Positions 10,301-17,161 of a DNA stretch of 17,161 bases are shown here, one piece after another. The stretch is from NCBI GenBank assembly GCA_965215005.1, contig CBDCCZ010000050.1, forward strand, positions 1 to 17,161, given 5' to 3'. The stretch comes from Kofleriaceae bacterium (GTDB lineage Bacteria > Myxococcota_A > Polyangia > Haliangiales > Haliangiaceae). The notes under the pieces are model-generated. The model was not told the DNA's origin and searched no databases. It saw only the letters and a program-made list of their open reading frames with translations. The translations under genes and the position numbers were made by a program. Every line of letters starts with the position of its first letter. The stretch's first letter is position 1.

Positions 10301-13300
10301 AGCGGTGGTCGTGGCACGGGACGAACGGCTGCATGCCTATGTCGTCACGGCCGACGCGACTGCGGACGCCACATCTCTACGTGCGGCGCTGAGCGCGGTC
10401 CTACCGGAGTACATGGTGCCGGCGACGTTCACGGCGCTGCCCTCGCTGCCGCTGACTCCGTCAGGCAAGCTGGACCGCCGCGCGCTGCCCGAGCCCGAGG
10501 TAGAGAAGGCGGTGTACGAGCCGCCGCGCGGCGAAGTGGAGCAAACGCTGGCAGCGTTGTGGCAGGAGCTGCTCGGTGTAGAGCGAGTCGGTCGCGGCGA
10601 CGACTTCTTCGCGCTCGGTGGCCATTCGCTCTTGGCCACGCGGCTGGTGGCGCGGGTAAGCTCGGAGCTCGGGCAGTCGCTGTCGCTACGCGACGTCTTC
10701 GAGCGGCCGCAGCTGGGCGCGATGGCGGAAGCGATTGGCGGGCAAGCGGCGACGCCGCCGCTCACGCGAGTGGAGCGCGAAGGCCCTCTTTTGGCGAGCT
10801 ACGCGCAAGAGCGGCAGTGGGTGCTGCACCAGCTGTCGCCCGAGTCTGCGGCGTACCACATGCCGGTGCTGTTGGAGGTGACCGGGACGCTGGATGACGC
10901 GGCGCTGGAACAGGCATTGAAGCAGCTGACCGAGCGGCACGAGGTGCTGCGCACGCGGCTCTACGAAGTGGACGGGGAGCTGCGGCCAGAGGTGCTGCCC
11001 GAGGCGCCGCTGCGGCTCGAGCGCTTCGCAATGACGCGCGCCGAAGCCGAGGCCCACGCCGGAGCGTGGATGCGCCGCCCATTCGCGCTCTCCGTAGGCG
11101 AGGTGCTGCGCGCAGCGCTCTACGAGCTCACCGATACCGATTCGCAGCTTCTGGCGTTCTGCATGCATCACATCGCATCGGACGGGGTATCCATGCAGGT
11201 GCTGGTGCGCGAGGTAGGCGCGCTTTTGAGTGGCGAGACGCTCGAGCCGTTGCCGGTGCAGTACGGCGACTACGCCGCGTGGCAGCGGCAATGGATGGAA
11301 GCGGGCGGAGAGCTTGAGCGGCAGCTCGGCTACTGGACGACGCAGCTCCAAGGCGTGGAGCCGCTGCAGCTTCCAACCGACTTCCCGCGGCCCAAGCGCG
11401 CTTCGGACGAAGCGGGCTCCGTGCCGGTGCGCATTCCCGCGGACCTGAGCCAGCGCGTGCACACCTTTGCGCGCCAAGAGGGCACCACGCCCTACGTGGT
11501 GTGGCTGTCACTCTATGGCGCGCTCCTCGGTCGGCTCGGCCGCCAAGACGACCTCACCATTGGCAGCCCGGTGGCCAATCGCCGCGACCCCAAGCTGGAA
11601 GGACTCATCGGCTTCTTCGTCAACACGGTGGTGCAGCGGCTCGACCTGAGCGGCCGACCGTCGCTGCGGGAGCTGGTGCGCCGTACCCACGAGACCGCGC
11701 TCCAAACGCAGGAGCATCAGGACGCACCGTTCGAGCAAGTCGTGCAAGCGCTGGACGTCCCGCGCGACCTGTCGTCGACGCCGCTGTTCCAAGCGATGCT
11801 CGCGTATCAGAGTGACCAGCGCGCCGAGGGTGGTGAGCGCCTCGACCTTGGTGAGGTCACGTTGGAGGCGTTGCCTTCCGAGCCCTCCGCGCAGTTCGAC
11901 CTGAACCTATCGCTGAGCGAATCGCCCGAGTCGACCTCTGGCGCGCTGGTGTACCGCTCCACGCTCTTCTCTCAGCAGACGATGGAGCGGCTGGTAGCGC
12001 ACCTAGTGCGCCTGACGCGAGAGGCACTGTCCGCACCGTCGGAGCCGATGGTGGCACTGTCGCTGCTAGATGGCGACGAGCGCACGCGCGTGTTGGAGCG
12101 CTTCCAGGGCGAGGCCGCAGCGGCCGATGTTCCGGATGTGCTGACCGCATTCCGCGCCCAGGCGAAGCAGCACCCGGATGCGGAGGCGCTACGCTTTGAA
12201 GGCACGTCACTTACCTACGCGGAGCTCGACCGCCGCACCGACGCGCTGGCGGCAGCGTTGCACGCACGAGGCATCGGACCGGGTAGTCGCGTGGGTCTGA
12301 AGCTCGAGCGGAGCCTGAGCCTGGTGGAAGCGGTGTGGGGCGTGTGGAAAGCCGGCGCAGCCTACATTCCCCTTGACCCTTCGCTGCCGGCCGAACGGCT
12401 AGCGTTCATGAGGGAGGACTCGGCGCCGGAGCTGTTGCTCACCGACGACGACGACGACTCAAATGCCTCGCTCTCGTTCGCTCGGCTGATGGAAGAGGCG
12501 CTCGCGTCGAACGCCTCCGCGCCCGAGGTATCGCTTGCGCCCACGACGCCGGCCTACCTCATCTACACGTCGGGCTCGACGGGCAGACCCAAAGGCGTGG
12601 TGTCGCACCACGGAGGCTTGGCCAACCGCCTGCAGTGGATGCAGCAGGCGTACACCATAGGCATCGGCGACCGAGTGGCGCACAAGACGCCGTTCAGCTT
12701 CGACGTATCTGTATGGGAGCTGAGCTGGCCGCTACTGACCGGAGCGACGCTGAGCGTGGCGCCACCGGAGCTGCACCGCGATGCGACGGCGCTGCAGTCG
12801 TGGCTCGAAGCGGAAGAAGTGCGCGTGGTGCACTTCGTTCCGTCGATGCTGCGGGCGTGGCTGGAGACCGGCGCGCGCGCGGGCGTACTACGCACGGTAG
12901 TGTGCAGTGGCGAAGCCTTGCCCGACGCGGTCGCCGAAAGCTTCGCGCGGGCTCTGCCGACCGTGGCTCGCGAGAATCTCTACGGCCCCACCGAAGCGGC
13001 CATCGACGTCACGCGCGCCAGCGTCGAAGCGGGTGCGCCGGTCACCTTGGGGCGACCGGTCCAAGGCACTCAGACCTATGTGCTCGATGCCGCGCTGAAG
13101 CCCTGCGGCATTGGCGCGGTGGGCGAGCTCTACCTCGGTGGCGTGCAGCTGGCGCACGGCTACCACGGGCGGTCGGAGCTCACTGCGGCGCGCTTCGTAC
13201 CCAATCCTTTCGGCGCGCCGTGCAGCCGAATGTACCGCACCGGGGACCTGGCGCGGTGGACCGAGAGCGGCGAGCTGGAGTTTCTCGGCCGTGCCGACTT

Positions 13301-16300
13301 TCAGGTCAAAGTGCGCGGCTATCGCATCGAGCTCGGCGAGATCGAATCGCAGCTACAGGAGCAGCCCTCGGTGCAGCAAGCAGTGGTCGTCGCGCGGGAC
13401 GAACGGCTGCATGCCTATGTAGTCACGAAAGATGCAACTGCGGACGCCGCGTCTCTGCGCACCGCGCTGAGCGCGGTTCTGCCGGAGTACATGGTGCCGG
13501 CGACGTACACGTCGCTCGAGTCCTTGCCGCTGACTCCGTCAGGCAAGCTGGACCGCCGCGCGCTTCCCGAGCCGGAGGTGGAGCAAGCGGATTACCAGCC
13601 GCCGCGTGACGAGATTGAACAGACGCTGGCGACGGTGTGGCAGAAGCTGCTCGGAGTGGCGCGGGTAGGGCGGCAAGACGACTTCTTCGCGCTGGGTGGC
13701 GACTCCATTGTGGCTCTGCAGCTCTTGGCGCGGCTGTCGTCGGCGGGAGTGCATCTGTCGCTGCGTGATGTGTTCGAGCATCCGGTGCTGTCAGCGCTGG
13801 CGAAGCAGCGGCGCGAGGCAGTGATCGCGGAGCAGGGTTTGGTCGAGGGCGAGCTGGCGCCGTTCCCCGTTCATCAAGAGTTCTTGGCGGAGGCGGCCGG
13901 TCGCGAGCATTTCAACCAAGCGTTTGTCCTATCCCTTGAGTCGCGCGTGAGCTTCGAGCGGGTGGAGGGGGCGGTAAAGCGGTTGGTGCGGCATCACGAC
14001 GCGCTGCGCCTTCGCTGGGAAACCACGGCAGACGGGGAGTGGCGCGGTGTATTCGGCCCGGCGGACGGCGCGGTGATGCTGGAGCTCGAAGACGTGTCGA
14101 CGCTGCCCGCCGAAGCGCAGACCGCGCGCATCGAGTCGTTGTGTGCGGCCGCGCAGGCCCGCCTGAGTCTCGCGGGACCGATGGGCCGCGCCGTCTATTT
14201 CGACACCGGCGAGCGGCCACGCTTGCTGCTGGCCTTCCACCATTTGGTGGTCGATGGCGTGAGTTGGCGCGTGCTGCTGCCGCAGCTGCAGGCGCTGTTG
14301 CTGGACCCGCAAGCGACGTTGCCGGCCAAGACCACGTCGGTGCAGCGGTGGGGCCAAGCGCTGGTGGAGGCCGCGCCGTGCCATGAAGGGCAGCTGCCGC
14401 GATGGACCGAGGCGGTGGAGCACGCGCGCGCGCAAAACCTCGGCCTCGGTCCCCAGCGGATCGCCGCTGAGCGCGTGACGCACAGCTTTACGCTGAGCGC
14501 GGCGACGACAACGGCGCTTCTGAGCCAGGCGTTGTCGCCGTATCGGTTGACCACCGAAGAGGTGTTGCTGGCAGCTTTGGCGCAAAGCTTTTCCGAGCAA
14601 GACGTGGTGGTGGTGACGCTCGAAGGTCACGGCCGCGAGGCAGAGGCCATCGACGCCAGCGTAGATCTATCGCGAACGATGGGCTGGTTCACCACGATGT
14701 ATCCGGTGGTGCTGCCGGTGCATCGCGACGCGGAGGCGCAGCTGGTGGCGGCCAAGGAGCAGCTGCGTGCAGTGCCGGACAAAGGCATCGGCTTTGGAGC
14801 ACTGCAGTCGAGCCACCGGTCGCTACGGTATGCGCCCGACATGGTGTTCAACTACCTGGGTCAGACGCGAGGCGCGCTGAGCGCGGACGGTCTGGCACTG
14901 GCACCGGAGAGCGCGGGGTCCCTCGATGTCGGCGGAGCGCCCGCGCGAAGCGGTGACGGTGACAGCCATCGTCGTCGGCGAAGGGCGGATGCAGGTCTCG
15001 GTGGAGGTGGCGGCGCCGCAGGCTTCGCGAGGCGCTGAGCTCGCGAAAAGCCATGGAGGCTTCGCTGCATCAGCTGCTGGCTCACCTGCAGCAGCCGGCG
15101 GTCGGTCGGTGGACTCCGAGCGACTTCTCGCTGGTCCCGGAGCTGACCGAGCGGGACCTGTCGGCGCTGCTGCAAGCGCACCCGCATCTGGAAGACATCT
15201 GGCCCTTGTCGCCGCTACAGCGAGGGCTGTACGTGCACGCGCGCCGCGACCGAAGTGCGTATGTGACACAGATGCGCCTCGATGTGGAGGGGGCGGACGA
15301 GGCGGCCTTGGAAGCGGGCCTGAGCCGGCTGCGCCAGGGCATGGAGCAGTCGGTGGAGGCACACAGCGCGGTCCGTGTGGCGATGCACACGCTCCGCGAC
15401 GGCACCGCGGTGCAGGTGGTTGTCCCCGCTCCACTGCCGTGGGTCGAAGAATACGCGTCCGCGGAGGCCGAGGACGAAGCGTGGCTGACGGAGATCGCGC
15501 GCGCGGCTTCGTGCTGGAGGAGGCGCCGCTGATGCGCGTGAGCGTGCGCCGTTTGGGCGATGGTCGCGCGCAGCTGTTGTGGACCACGCACCACTTGGTG
15601 ATGGATGGGTGGTCGCTGGCGCGATTCTTCCGCGACGTGGCGCAGGCGATGGCTGGGCAGCCAATCGTAAACGCGCCGAGCTACCGCGCGCACTTGCGGT
15701 CCATCGCCTCGGGACCGACGGCCGCGGAGGCGCGGAGCTATTTTGCGGAGTCGCTCGCGGGCGCTCGCAGCACGCGCCTGCTCCAGGCACCGACCGTGGG
15801 GGAAACGCCGCACGTCGTGGAGCACACGGTCGAGGTGCCGCTGGCGCCTCTGGCGCAGTGGGCGGCCTCGGGCGCACACGACGGTCGCCAATCTGGTGGC
15901 GACGGCCTACGCGGCCACGCTGGGAAGCTTCGCGCAGACCCGTGACGTAGTGTTCGGCCAGACGACGTCGGGCCGCTCGCCCGACCGACCCGAGAGTCAC
16001 GACACGGTAGGGCTGTTCATCAATACGCTTCCGGTGCGCCTGCGGTGGGAAGGCGGCGAGTCTCCCCGCGAGCTGGCCGCGCGCATGCAGTCGGATTTCT
16101 TGGAGCGGCAGCGCCACGAGCAGACGCCGCTAGTAGACGCCCTCGGCGCCGCAGGTCTACGCGACTTCGACGCGCTGTACGTCTTCGAAAACTATCCGGT
16201 GGAGAAGGCGGTGCAAACGCAGCCGAGCGATGCGGGGCTCACGCTACAAATGCGGAGCTCACGCGAGCCCACGCACTATAGCGTCGCATTGGTTGCTTCC

Positions 16301-17159
16301 ACCTCGGGAGGACCGGCTGCAGCTGCGGCTGGGCGTCGATGAACGGCGGGCGTCGGAATACTGGAGCGCGGCGTTTCTGACGGCCTTGACCCAGTGGCTA
16401 GCGCACGCCGCAGCGCATCCAGAGACGCCTGTCTCCCTCCCCATCGAAACACATCTCGGCTATTGGACGACGCAGCTACGCGGCGTGGAGCCGCTGCAGC
16501 TCCCGACCGACTTCCCGCGGCCCAAGCGCGCTTCGGACGAAGCGGGCGCCGTGCCGGTGCGCATTCCCGCGGAGCTGAGCCAACGGGTGGCATCCTTCGC
16601 GCGCGAGGAAGGGACCACTCCCTACGTGGTGTGGCTGTCGCTCTATGGTGCGCTCCTCGGTCGGCTCGGCCGCCAAGACGACCTCACCATTGGCAGCCCG
16701 GTGGCCAATCGGCGCGACCCCAAGCTGGAAGGACTCATCGGCTTCTTTGTCAACACGGTGGTGCAGCGCCTCAACCTGAGCGGCCGGCCCTCGCTGCGCG
16801 AGCTGGTGCGCCGCACGCACGAGACGGCGCTCCAAACGCAGGAGCATCAGGACGCCCCGTTCGAGCAAGTCGTGCAGGCGCTGGATGTCCCGCGCGACCT
16901 GTCGTCGACGCCGCTCTTCCAAGCGATGCTCGCGTATCAGAGTGCACAAGGCGGTGAGCGCCTCGACGTCGGTGAGGTCACGTTCGAAGCGCTGCCTTCC
17001 GAGCCCTCCGCGCAGTTCGACCTGAGCCTATCGCTGAGCGAATCGACCGCGTCGACCACCGGCGCGCTGGTGTACCGCTCCACGCTCTTCTCTCAGCAGA
17101 CGATGGAGCGGCTGGTAGCGCACCTAGTGCGCCTGACGCGAGAGGCACTGTCCGCACCG
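2..17159 (+). CDS. Giant multimodular NRPS, internal fragment open at both window ends; reconstructed across 11 small indels. Architecture: (halfC-A-T-C-A-T-E-C)x2-halfC
   Basis: Continuous NRPS motifs once frames are joined: A-domain cores ([68 protein letters not shown]), T motifs (FFALGGHSL / FFALGGDSI), C motifs (HHIASDG, HHLVMDG), E motifs (HHLVVDG, EGHGRE, RTMGWF, FNYLGQ, TPSDF). Each copy-specific indel is absent from the sister copy. Confidence 0.93.
53..787 (+). other. Half condensation domain (C-terminal lobe of LCL type, no HHxxxDG), copy 1
   Basis: LGYWTTQL...LPTDFPRP...IGSPVANR...[10 protein letters not shown]...HQDAPFE; paralogous to 3124-3867. Confidence 0.85.
850..2295 (+). 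other. Adenylation domain A1, predicted serine
   Basis: Core motifs A1-A10; code DVWHVSLIDK read from FDVSVW, VVHFVP, TVVCSG, NLYG, AAID, SGK; boundaries approximate. Confidence 0.88.
1317..1910 (+). CDS. NRPS fragment 2: A1 substrate-binding core (in-frame part ~1218-1717)
   Basis: NRLQWMQ...FSFDVSVWE...HFVPSML...CSGEAL...NLYGPTEA; the tail after PTEA is out of frame because of an extra C at 1717-1718. Confidence 0.8.
   Translation: MVSHHGGLANRLQWMQQAYPVGIGDRVAHKTPFSFDVSVWELSWPLLTGATLSVAPPELHRDAAGLQSWLEAEEVRVVHFVPSMLRAWLETGARAGALRTVVCSGEALPGAVAESFARALPTVALENLYGPTEAGHRRHARQRRSGCTDHLGATGPRHSDLCARRRAEALRHRRGRRAVPRRDAAGARLPRSLRADG
1501..4899 (+). CDS. NRPS fragment 3: A1 C-terminal part, T, LCL C, most of A2 (in-frame part ~1720-4776)
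   Basis: 1132 aa ORF with [29 protein letters not shown]; both ends are out-of-frame extensions. Confidence 0.85.
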   Translation: MRRGCSRGSKRKKCVWCTSFRRCCGRGWRLARARARYARWCAVEKPCRAQSPRASRGRCRPWLSRTSTAPPKPAIDVTRASVEAGAPITLGRPVQGTQTYVLDAALKLCGIGAVGELYLAGMQLAHGYHGRSALTAERFVPNPFGAPGSRMYRTGDLARWTENGELEFLGRADFQVKVRGYRIELGEIESQLQAQPSVQQAVVVARDERLHAYVVTADATADATSLRAALSAVLPEYMVPATFTALPSLPLTPSGKLDRRALPEPEVEKAVYEPPRGEVEQTLAALWQELLGVERVGRGDDFFALGGHSLLATRLVARVSSELGQSLSLRDVFERPQLGAMAEAIGGQAATPPLTRVEREGPLLASYAQERQWVLHQLSPESAAYHMPVLLEVTGTLDDAALEQALKQLTERHEVLRTRLYEVDGELRPEVLPEAPLRLERFAMTRAEAEAHAGAWMRRPFALSEGEVLRAALYELTDTDSQLLAFCMHHIASDGVSMQVLVREVGALLSGETLEPLPVQYGDYAAWQRQWMEAGGELERQLGYWTTQLQGVEPLQLPTDFPRPKRASDEAGSVPVRIPAELSQRVHTFARQEGTTPYVVWLSLYGALLGRLGRQDDLTIGSPVANRRDPKLEGLIGFFVNTVVQRLDLSGRPSLRELVRRTHETALQTQEHQDAPFEQVVQALDVPRDLSSTPLFQAMLAYQSDQRAEGGERLDLGEVTLEALPSEPSAQFDLNLSLSESPESTSGALVYRSTLFSQQTMERLVAHLVRLTREALSAPSEPMVALSLLDGDERTRVLERFQGEAAAADVPDVLTAFRAQAKQHPDAEALRFEGTSLTYAELDRRTDALAAALHARGIGPGSRVGLKLERSLSLVEAVWGVWKAGAAYIPLDPSLPAERLAFMREDSAPELLLTDDDDDSNASLSFARLMEEALASNASAPEVSLAPTTPAYLIYTSGSTGRPKGVVSHHGGLANRLQWMQQAYTIGIGDRVAHKTPFSFDVSVWELSWPLLTGATLSVAPPELHRDATALQSWLEAEEVRVVHFVPSMLRAWLETGARAGVLRTVVCSGEALPDAVAESFARALPTVALENPLRPHRSGHRRHARQRRSGVRRSPWGDRSKALRPMCSMPR
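2314..2540 (+). other. Thiolation (PCP) domain T1, GGHSL type; Ppant Ser codon at 2425
   Basis: [16 protein letters not shown]. Confidence 0.92.
2584..3867 (+). other. Condensation domain, LCL type
   Basis: [25 protein letters not shown] (2965-2985), [33 protein letters not shown]; follows a module without E. Confidence 0.9.
3930..5376 (+). other. Adenylation domain A2, predicted serine
   Basis: Same motifs and same DVWHVSLIDK code as A1; boundaries approximate. Confidence 0.88.
4434..5273 (+). CDS. NRPS fragment 4: A2 motifs A6-A8 (in-frame part ~4833-5258)
   Basis: GAPVTLGRP...GELYLGG...YRTGDL...[20 protein letters not shown] in the second half of the ORF. Confidence 0.75.
   Translation: MDAAGVHHRHRRPSGAQDAVQLRRICMGAELAATDRSDAERGATGAAPRCDGAAVVARSGRSARGALRSVDAAGVAGDRRARGRTTHGSVQWRSLARRGRRKLRAGSADRGSRESSTAPPKRPSTSRAPASKRGAPVTLGRPVQGTQTYVLDAALKPCGIGAVGELYLGGVQLAHGYHGRSELTAERFVPNPFGAPGSRMYRTGDLARWTESGELEFLGRADFQVKVRGYRIELGEIESQLEAQPSVQQAVVVARDERLHAYVVTKDATADAASLHAPR
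4706..9514 (+). CDS. NRPS fragment 5: end of A2, T, E, DCL C, half C, N-terminal part of next A1 (in-frame part ~5264-9418)
   Basis: 1602 aa ORF with [40 protein letters not shown]. Confidence 0.88.
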   Translation: MAKPCPTRSPKASRGLCRPWLSRILYGPTEAAIDVTRASVEAGCAGHLGATGPRHSDLCARCRAEALRHWRGGRALPRWRAAGARLPRAVGAHCGALRAQSFRRAGQPDVPHRGPGAVDRERRAGVSRPRRLSGQSARLSHRARRDRVAAGGAALGAASGGRRAGRTAACLCSHERCNCGRRVSTRAALSAVLPEYMVPATYTSLESLPLTPSGKLDRRALPEPEVEQADYQPPRDEIEQTLATVWQKLLGVARVGRQDDFFALGGDSIVALQLLARLSSAGVHLSLRDVFEHPVLSALAKQRREAVIAEQGLVEGELAPFPVHQEFLAEAAGREHFNQAFVLSLESRVSFERVEGAVKRLVRHHDALRLRWETTADGEWRGVFGPADGAVMLELEDVSTLPAEAQTARIESLCAAAQARLSLAGPMGRAVYFDTGERPRLLLAFHHLVVDGVSWRVLLPQLQALLLDPQATLPAKTTSVQRWGQALVEAAPCHEGQLPRWTEAVEHARAQNLGLGPQRIAAERVTHSFTLSAATTTALLSQALSPYRLTTEEVLLAALAQSFSEQDVVVVTLEGHGREAEAIDASVDLSRTMGWFTTMYPVVLPVHRDAEAQLVAAKEQLRAVPDKGIGFGALQSSHRSLRYAPDMVFNYLGQTRGALSADGLALAPESAGPSMSAERPREAVTVTAIVVGEGRMQVSVEVAAPQASRGAELAKAMEASLHQLLAHLQQPAVGRWTPSDFSLVPELTERDLSALLQAHPHLEDIWPLSPLQRGLYVHARRDRSAYVTQMRLDVEGADEAALEAGLSRLRQGMEQSVEAHSAVRVAMHTLRDGTAVQVVVPAPLPWVEEYASAEAEDEAWLTEDRARGFVLEEAPLMRVSVRRLGDGRAQLLWTTHHLVMDGWSLARFFRDVAQAMAGQPIVNAPSYRAHLRSIASGPTAAEARSYFAESLAGARSTRLLQAPTVGETPHVVEHTVEVPLAPLAQWAASAHTTVANLVATAYAATLGSFAQTRDVVFGQTTSGRSPDRPESHDTVGLFINTLPVRLRWEGGESPRELAARMQSDFLERQRHEQTPLVDALGAAGLRDFDALYVFENYPVEKAVQTQPSDAGLTLQMRSSREPTHYSVALVASTSEDRLQLRLGVDERRASEYWSAAFLTALTQWLAHAAAHPETPVSLPIETHLGYWTTQLRGVEPLQLPTDFPRPKRASDEAGAVPVRIPAELSQRVASFAREEGTTPYVVWLSLYGALLGRLGRQDDLTIGSPVANRRDPKLEGLIGFFVNTVVQRLNLSGRPSLRELVRRTHETALQTQEHQDAPFEQVVQALDVPRDLSSTPLFQAMLAYQSAQGGERLDLGEVTFEALPSEPSAQFDLNLSLSESPESTTGALVYRSTLFSQQTMERLVAHLVRLTREALSAPSEPMVALSLLDGDERTRVLERFQGEAAAADVPDVLTAFRAQAKQHPDAEALRFEGTSLTYAELDRRTDALAAALHARGIGPGSRVGLKLERSLSLVEAVWGVWKAGAAYVPLDPSLPAERLSFMMEDAAPQLVLTDDDEHSDASLSFTQLMEEGARVGPLCAQGLADTHHAGLPHLHVGLDGQT
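5396..5610 (+). other. Thiolation domain T2, GGDSI type (epimerase-associated); Ser codon at 5507
   Basis: [16 protein letters not shown] directly upstream of an E domain. Confidence 0.92.
5640..6935 (+). other. Epimerization (E) domain
   Basis: [21 protein letters not shown] (6041), LEGHGRE (6425), [33 protein letters not shown]. Confidence 0.93.
6990..8245 (+). other. Condensation domain, DCL type, complete
   Basis: [32 protein letters not shown] (7391), [28 protein letters not shown]; follows E. Confidence 0.9.
8255..8989 (+). other. Half condensation domain (LCL C-terminal lobe), copy 2
   Basis: In frame directly after the complete DCL domain: [36 protein letters not shown]. Confidence 0.87.
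9052..10496 (+). other. Adenylation domain A1', predicted serine
   Basis: Copy of A1; code DVWHVSLIDK. Confidence 0.88.
9519..15038 (+). CDS. NRPS fragment 6: A1 core, T, LCL C, A2, T, most of E (in-frame part ~9420-14916)
   Basis: 1839 aa ORF, uninterrupted across the positions that are frameshifted in copy 1. Confidence 0.9.
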   Translation: MVSHHGGLANRLQWMQQAYPVGIGDRVAHKTPFSFDVSVWELSWPLLTGATLSVAPPELHRDAAGLQSWLEAEEVRVVHFVPSMLRAWLETGARAGALRTVVCSGEALPGAVAESFARALPTVALENLYGPTEAAIDVTRASVEAGAPITLGRPVQGTQTYVLDAALKLCGIGAVGELYLAGMQLAHGYHGRSALTAERFVPNPFGAPGSRMYRTGDLARWTENGELEFLGRADFQVKVRGYRIELGEIESQLQAQPSVQQAVVVARDERLHAYVVTADATADATSLRAALSAVLPEYMVPATFTALPSLPLTPSGKLDRRALPEPEVEKAVYEPPRGEVEQTLAALWQELLGVERVGRGDDFFALGGHSLLATRLVARVSSELGQSLSLRDVFERPQLGAMAEAIGGQAATPPLTRVEREGPLLASYAQERQWVLHQLSPESAAYHMPVLLEVTGTLDDAALEQALKQLTERHEVLRTRLYEVDGELRPEVLPEAPLRLERFAMTRAEAEAHAGAWMRRPFALSVGEVLRAALYELTDTDSQLLAFCMHHIASDGVSMQVLVREVGALLSGETLEPLPVQYGDYAAWQRQWMEAGGELERQLGYWTTQLQGVEPLQLPTDFPRPKRASDEAGSVPVRIPADLSQRVHTFARQEGTTPYVVWLSLYGALLGRLGRQDDLTIGSPVANRRDPKLEGLIGFFVNTVVQRLDLSGRPSLRELVRRTHETALQTQEHQDAPFEQVVQALDVPRDLSSTPLFQAMLAYQSDQRAEGGERLDLGEVTLEALPSEPSAQFDLNLSLSESPESTSGALVYRSTLFSQQTMERLVAHLVRLTREALSAPSEPMVALSLLDGDERTRVLERFQGEAAAADVPDVLTAFRAQAKQHPDAEALRFEGTSLTYAELDRRTDALAAALHARGIGPGSRVGLKLERSLSLVEAVWGVWKAGAAYIPLDPSLPAERLAFMREDSAPELLLTDDDDDSNASLSFARLMEEALASNASAPEVSLAPTTPAYLIYTSGSTGRPKGVVSHHGGLANRLQWMQQAYTIGIGDRVAHKTPFSFDVSVWELSWPLLTGATLSVAPPELHRDATALQSWLEAEEVRVVHFVPSMLRAWLETGARAGVLRTVVCSGEALPDAVAESFARALPTVARENLYGPTEAAIDVTRASVEAGAPVTLGRPVQGTQTYVLDAALKPCGIGAVGELYLGGVQLAHGYHGRSELTAARFVPNPFGAPCSRMYRTGDLARWTESGELEFLGRADFQVKVRGYRIELGEIESQLQEQPSVQQAVVVARDERLHAYVVTKDATADAASLRTALSAVLPEYMVPATYTSLESLPLTPSGKLDRRALPEPEVEQADYQPPRDEIEQTLATVWQKLLGVARVGRQDDFFALGGDSIVALQLLARLSSAGVHLSLRDVFEHPVLSALAKQRREAVIAEQGLVEGELAPFPVHQEFLAEAAGREHFNQAFVLSLESRVSFERVEGAVKRLVRHHDALRLRWETTADGEWRGVFGPADGAVMLELEDVSTLPAEAQTARIESLCAAAQARLSLAGPMGRAVYFDTGERPRLLLAFHHLVVDGVSWRVLLPQLQALLLDPQATLPAKTTSVQRWGQALVEAAPCHEGQLPRWTEAVEHARAQNLGLGPQRIAAERVTHSFTLSAATTTALLSQALSPYRLTTEEVLLAALAQSFSEQDVVVVTLEGHGREAEAIDASVDLSRTMGWFTTMYPVVLPVHRDAEAQLVAAKEQLRAVPDKGIGFGALQSSHRSLRYAPDMVFNYLGQTRGALSADGLALAPESAGSLDVGGAPARSGDGDSHRRRRRADAGLGGGGGAAGFARR
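10515..10741 (+). other. Thiolation domain T1' (GGHSL)
   Basis: [12 protein letters not shown]. Confidence 0.92.
10785..12068 (+). other. Condensation domain LCL'
   Basis: [10 protein letters not shown] at 11166; copy of 2584-3867. Confidence 0.9.
12131..13573 (+). other. Adenylation domain A2', predicted serine
   Basis: Uninterrupted A domain; code DVWHVSLIDK. Confidence 0.9.
13593..13807 (+). other. Thiolation domain T2' (GGDSI)
   Basis: [12 protein letters not shown]. Confidence 0.92.
13837..15134 (+). other. Epimerization domain E'
   Basis: [27 protein letters not shown]; two +1 indels near the C-terminus. Confidence 0.9.
14918..17159 (+). CDS. NRPS fragments 7-11: end of E, DCL C and half C of copy 2/3, broken by indels at ~15047, ~15493, ~15871, ~16307; runs off the window end
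   Basis: ORF-track pieces 14926..15945, 15053..15532, 15743..16342 and an open frame from 16308 together match the intact translation of 6720-8960. Confidence 0.82.
15189..16445 (+). other. Condensation domain DCL'
   Basis: [34 protein letters not shown]; three indels relative to copy 1. Confidence 0.87.
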
Positions 17160-17161
17160 TC
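16403..17161 (+). repeat. Tandem bimodule repeat, partial copy 3 (759 nt, appears identical to 1..759)
   Basis: Carries copy-1 alleles at all positions where copies 1 and 2 differ (e.g. cgcacgcac, gacgtcggt, ctgagccta, tcgaccgcg). Confidence 0.95.
16455..17161 (+). other. Half condensation domain (LCL C-terminal lobe), copy 3, cut by window end
   Basis: Same junction and sequence as 53-759. Confidence 0.85.

Larger units (their letters stand above)
8203..16402 (+). repeat. Tandem bimodule repeat, copy 2 (8200 nt as given, 8196 nt corrected)
   Basis: Offsets to copy 1 step 8202-8201-8200-8199-8197-8198-8199-8198-8199-8200, matching each indel. Confidence 0.98.

Noticed and set aside
74..16949. 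Many minus-strand and alternative-frame ORFs (60-340 aa, Arg/Ala/Pro-rich)
   Set aside because: Shadow ORFs of a high-GC coding strand; no recognisable motifs; they recur only because the NRPS repeats.
2..17159. Assigning a gene symbol, known product (e.g. pyoverdine, enterobactin EntF) or taxon
   Set aside because: Only the Ser pocket resembles those systems; the architecture matches none I recognise, and high GC alone does not fix the taxon.
1..17161. Mobile element, CRISPR array or RNA gene as the cause of the repeats
   Set aside because: No transposase, integrase, terminal inverted repeats, repeat-spacer pattern or intergenic space; all repeats are in-frame NRPS domains.

Overview
The whole window lies inside one very large, high-GC nonribosomal peptide synthetase (NRPS) gene on the + strand; no start codon, thioesterase or true stop is visible. 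It is a near-perfect tandem array of an ~8.2 kb bimodular unit (copies start at 1, 8203 and 16403). Each unit reads [half-C]-A(Ser)-T(GGHSL)-LCL C-A(Ser)-T(GGDSI)-E-DCL C. All four A domains carry the manually extracted Stachelhaus code DVWHVSLIDK (serine), so the predicted product segment is an alternating (L-Ser-D-Ser)n chain. Every complete DCL domain is followed by an extra half C domain without the catalytic motif (the C-terminal lobe of an LCL domain). It joins at a sharp recombination junction. Eleven small indels, mostly homopolymer +1, fragment the ORF. Removing them gives exactly 8196 nt (2732 codons) for both full copies, so most are probably long-read errors, but one is shared by both copies. 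The first and last 759 nt appear identical while the middle copy differs, suggesting a 16.4 kb higher-order period or a collapsed/circularised contig.
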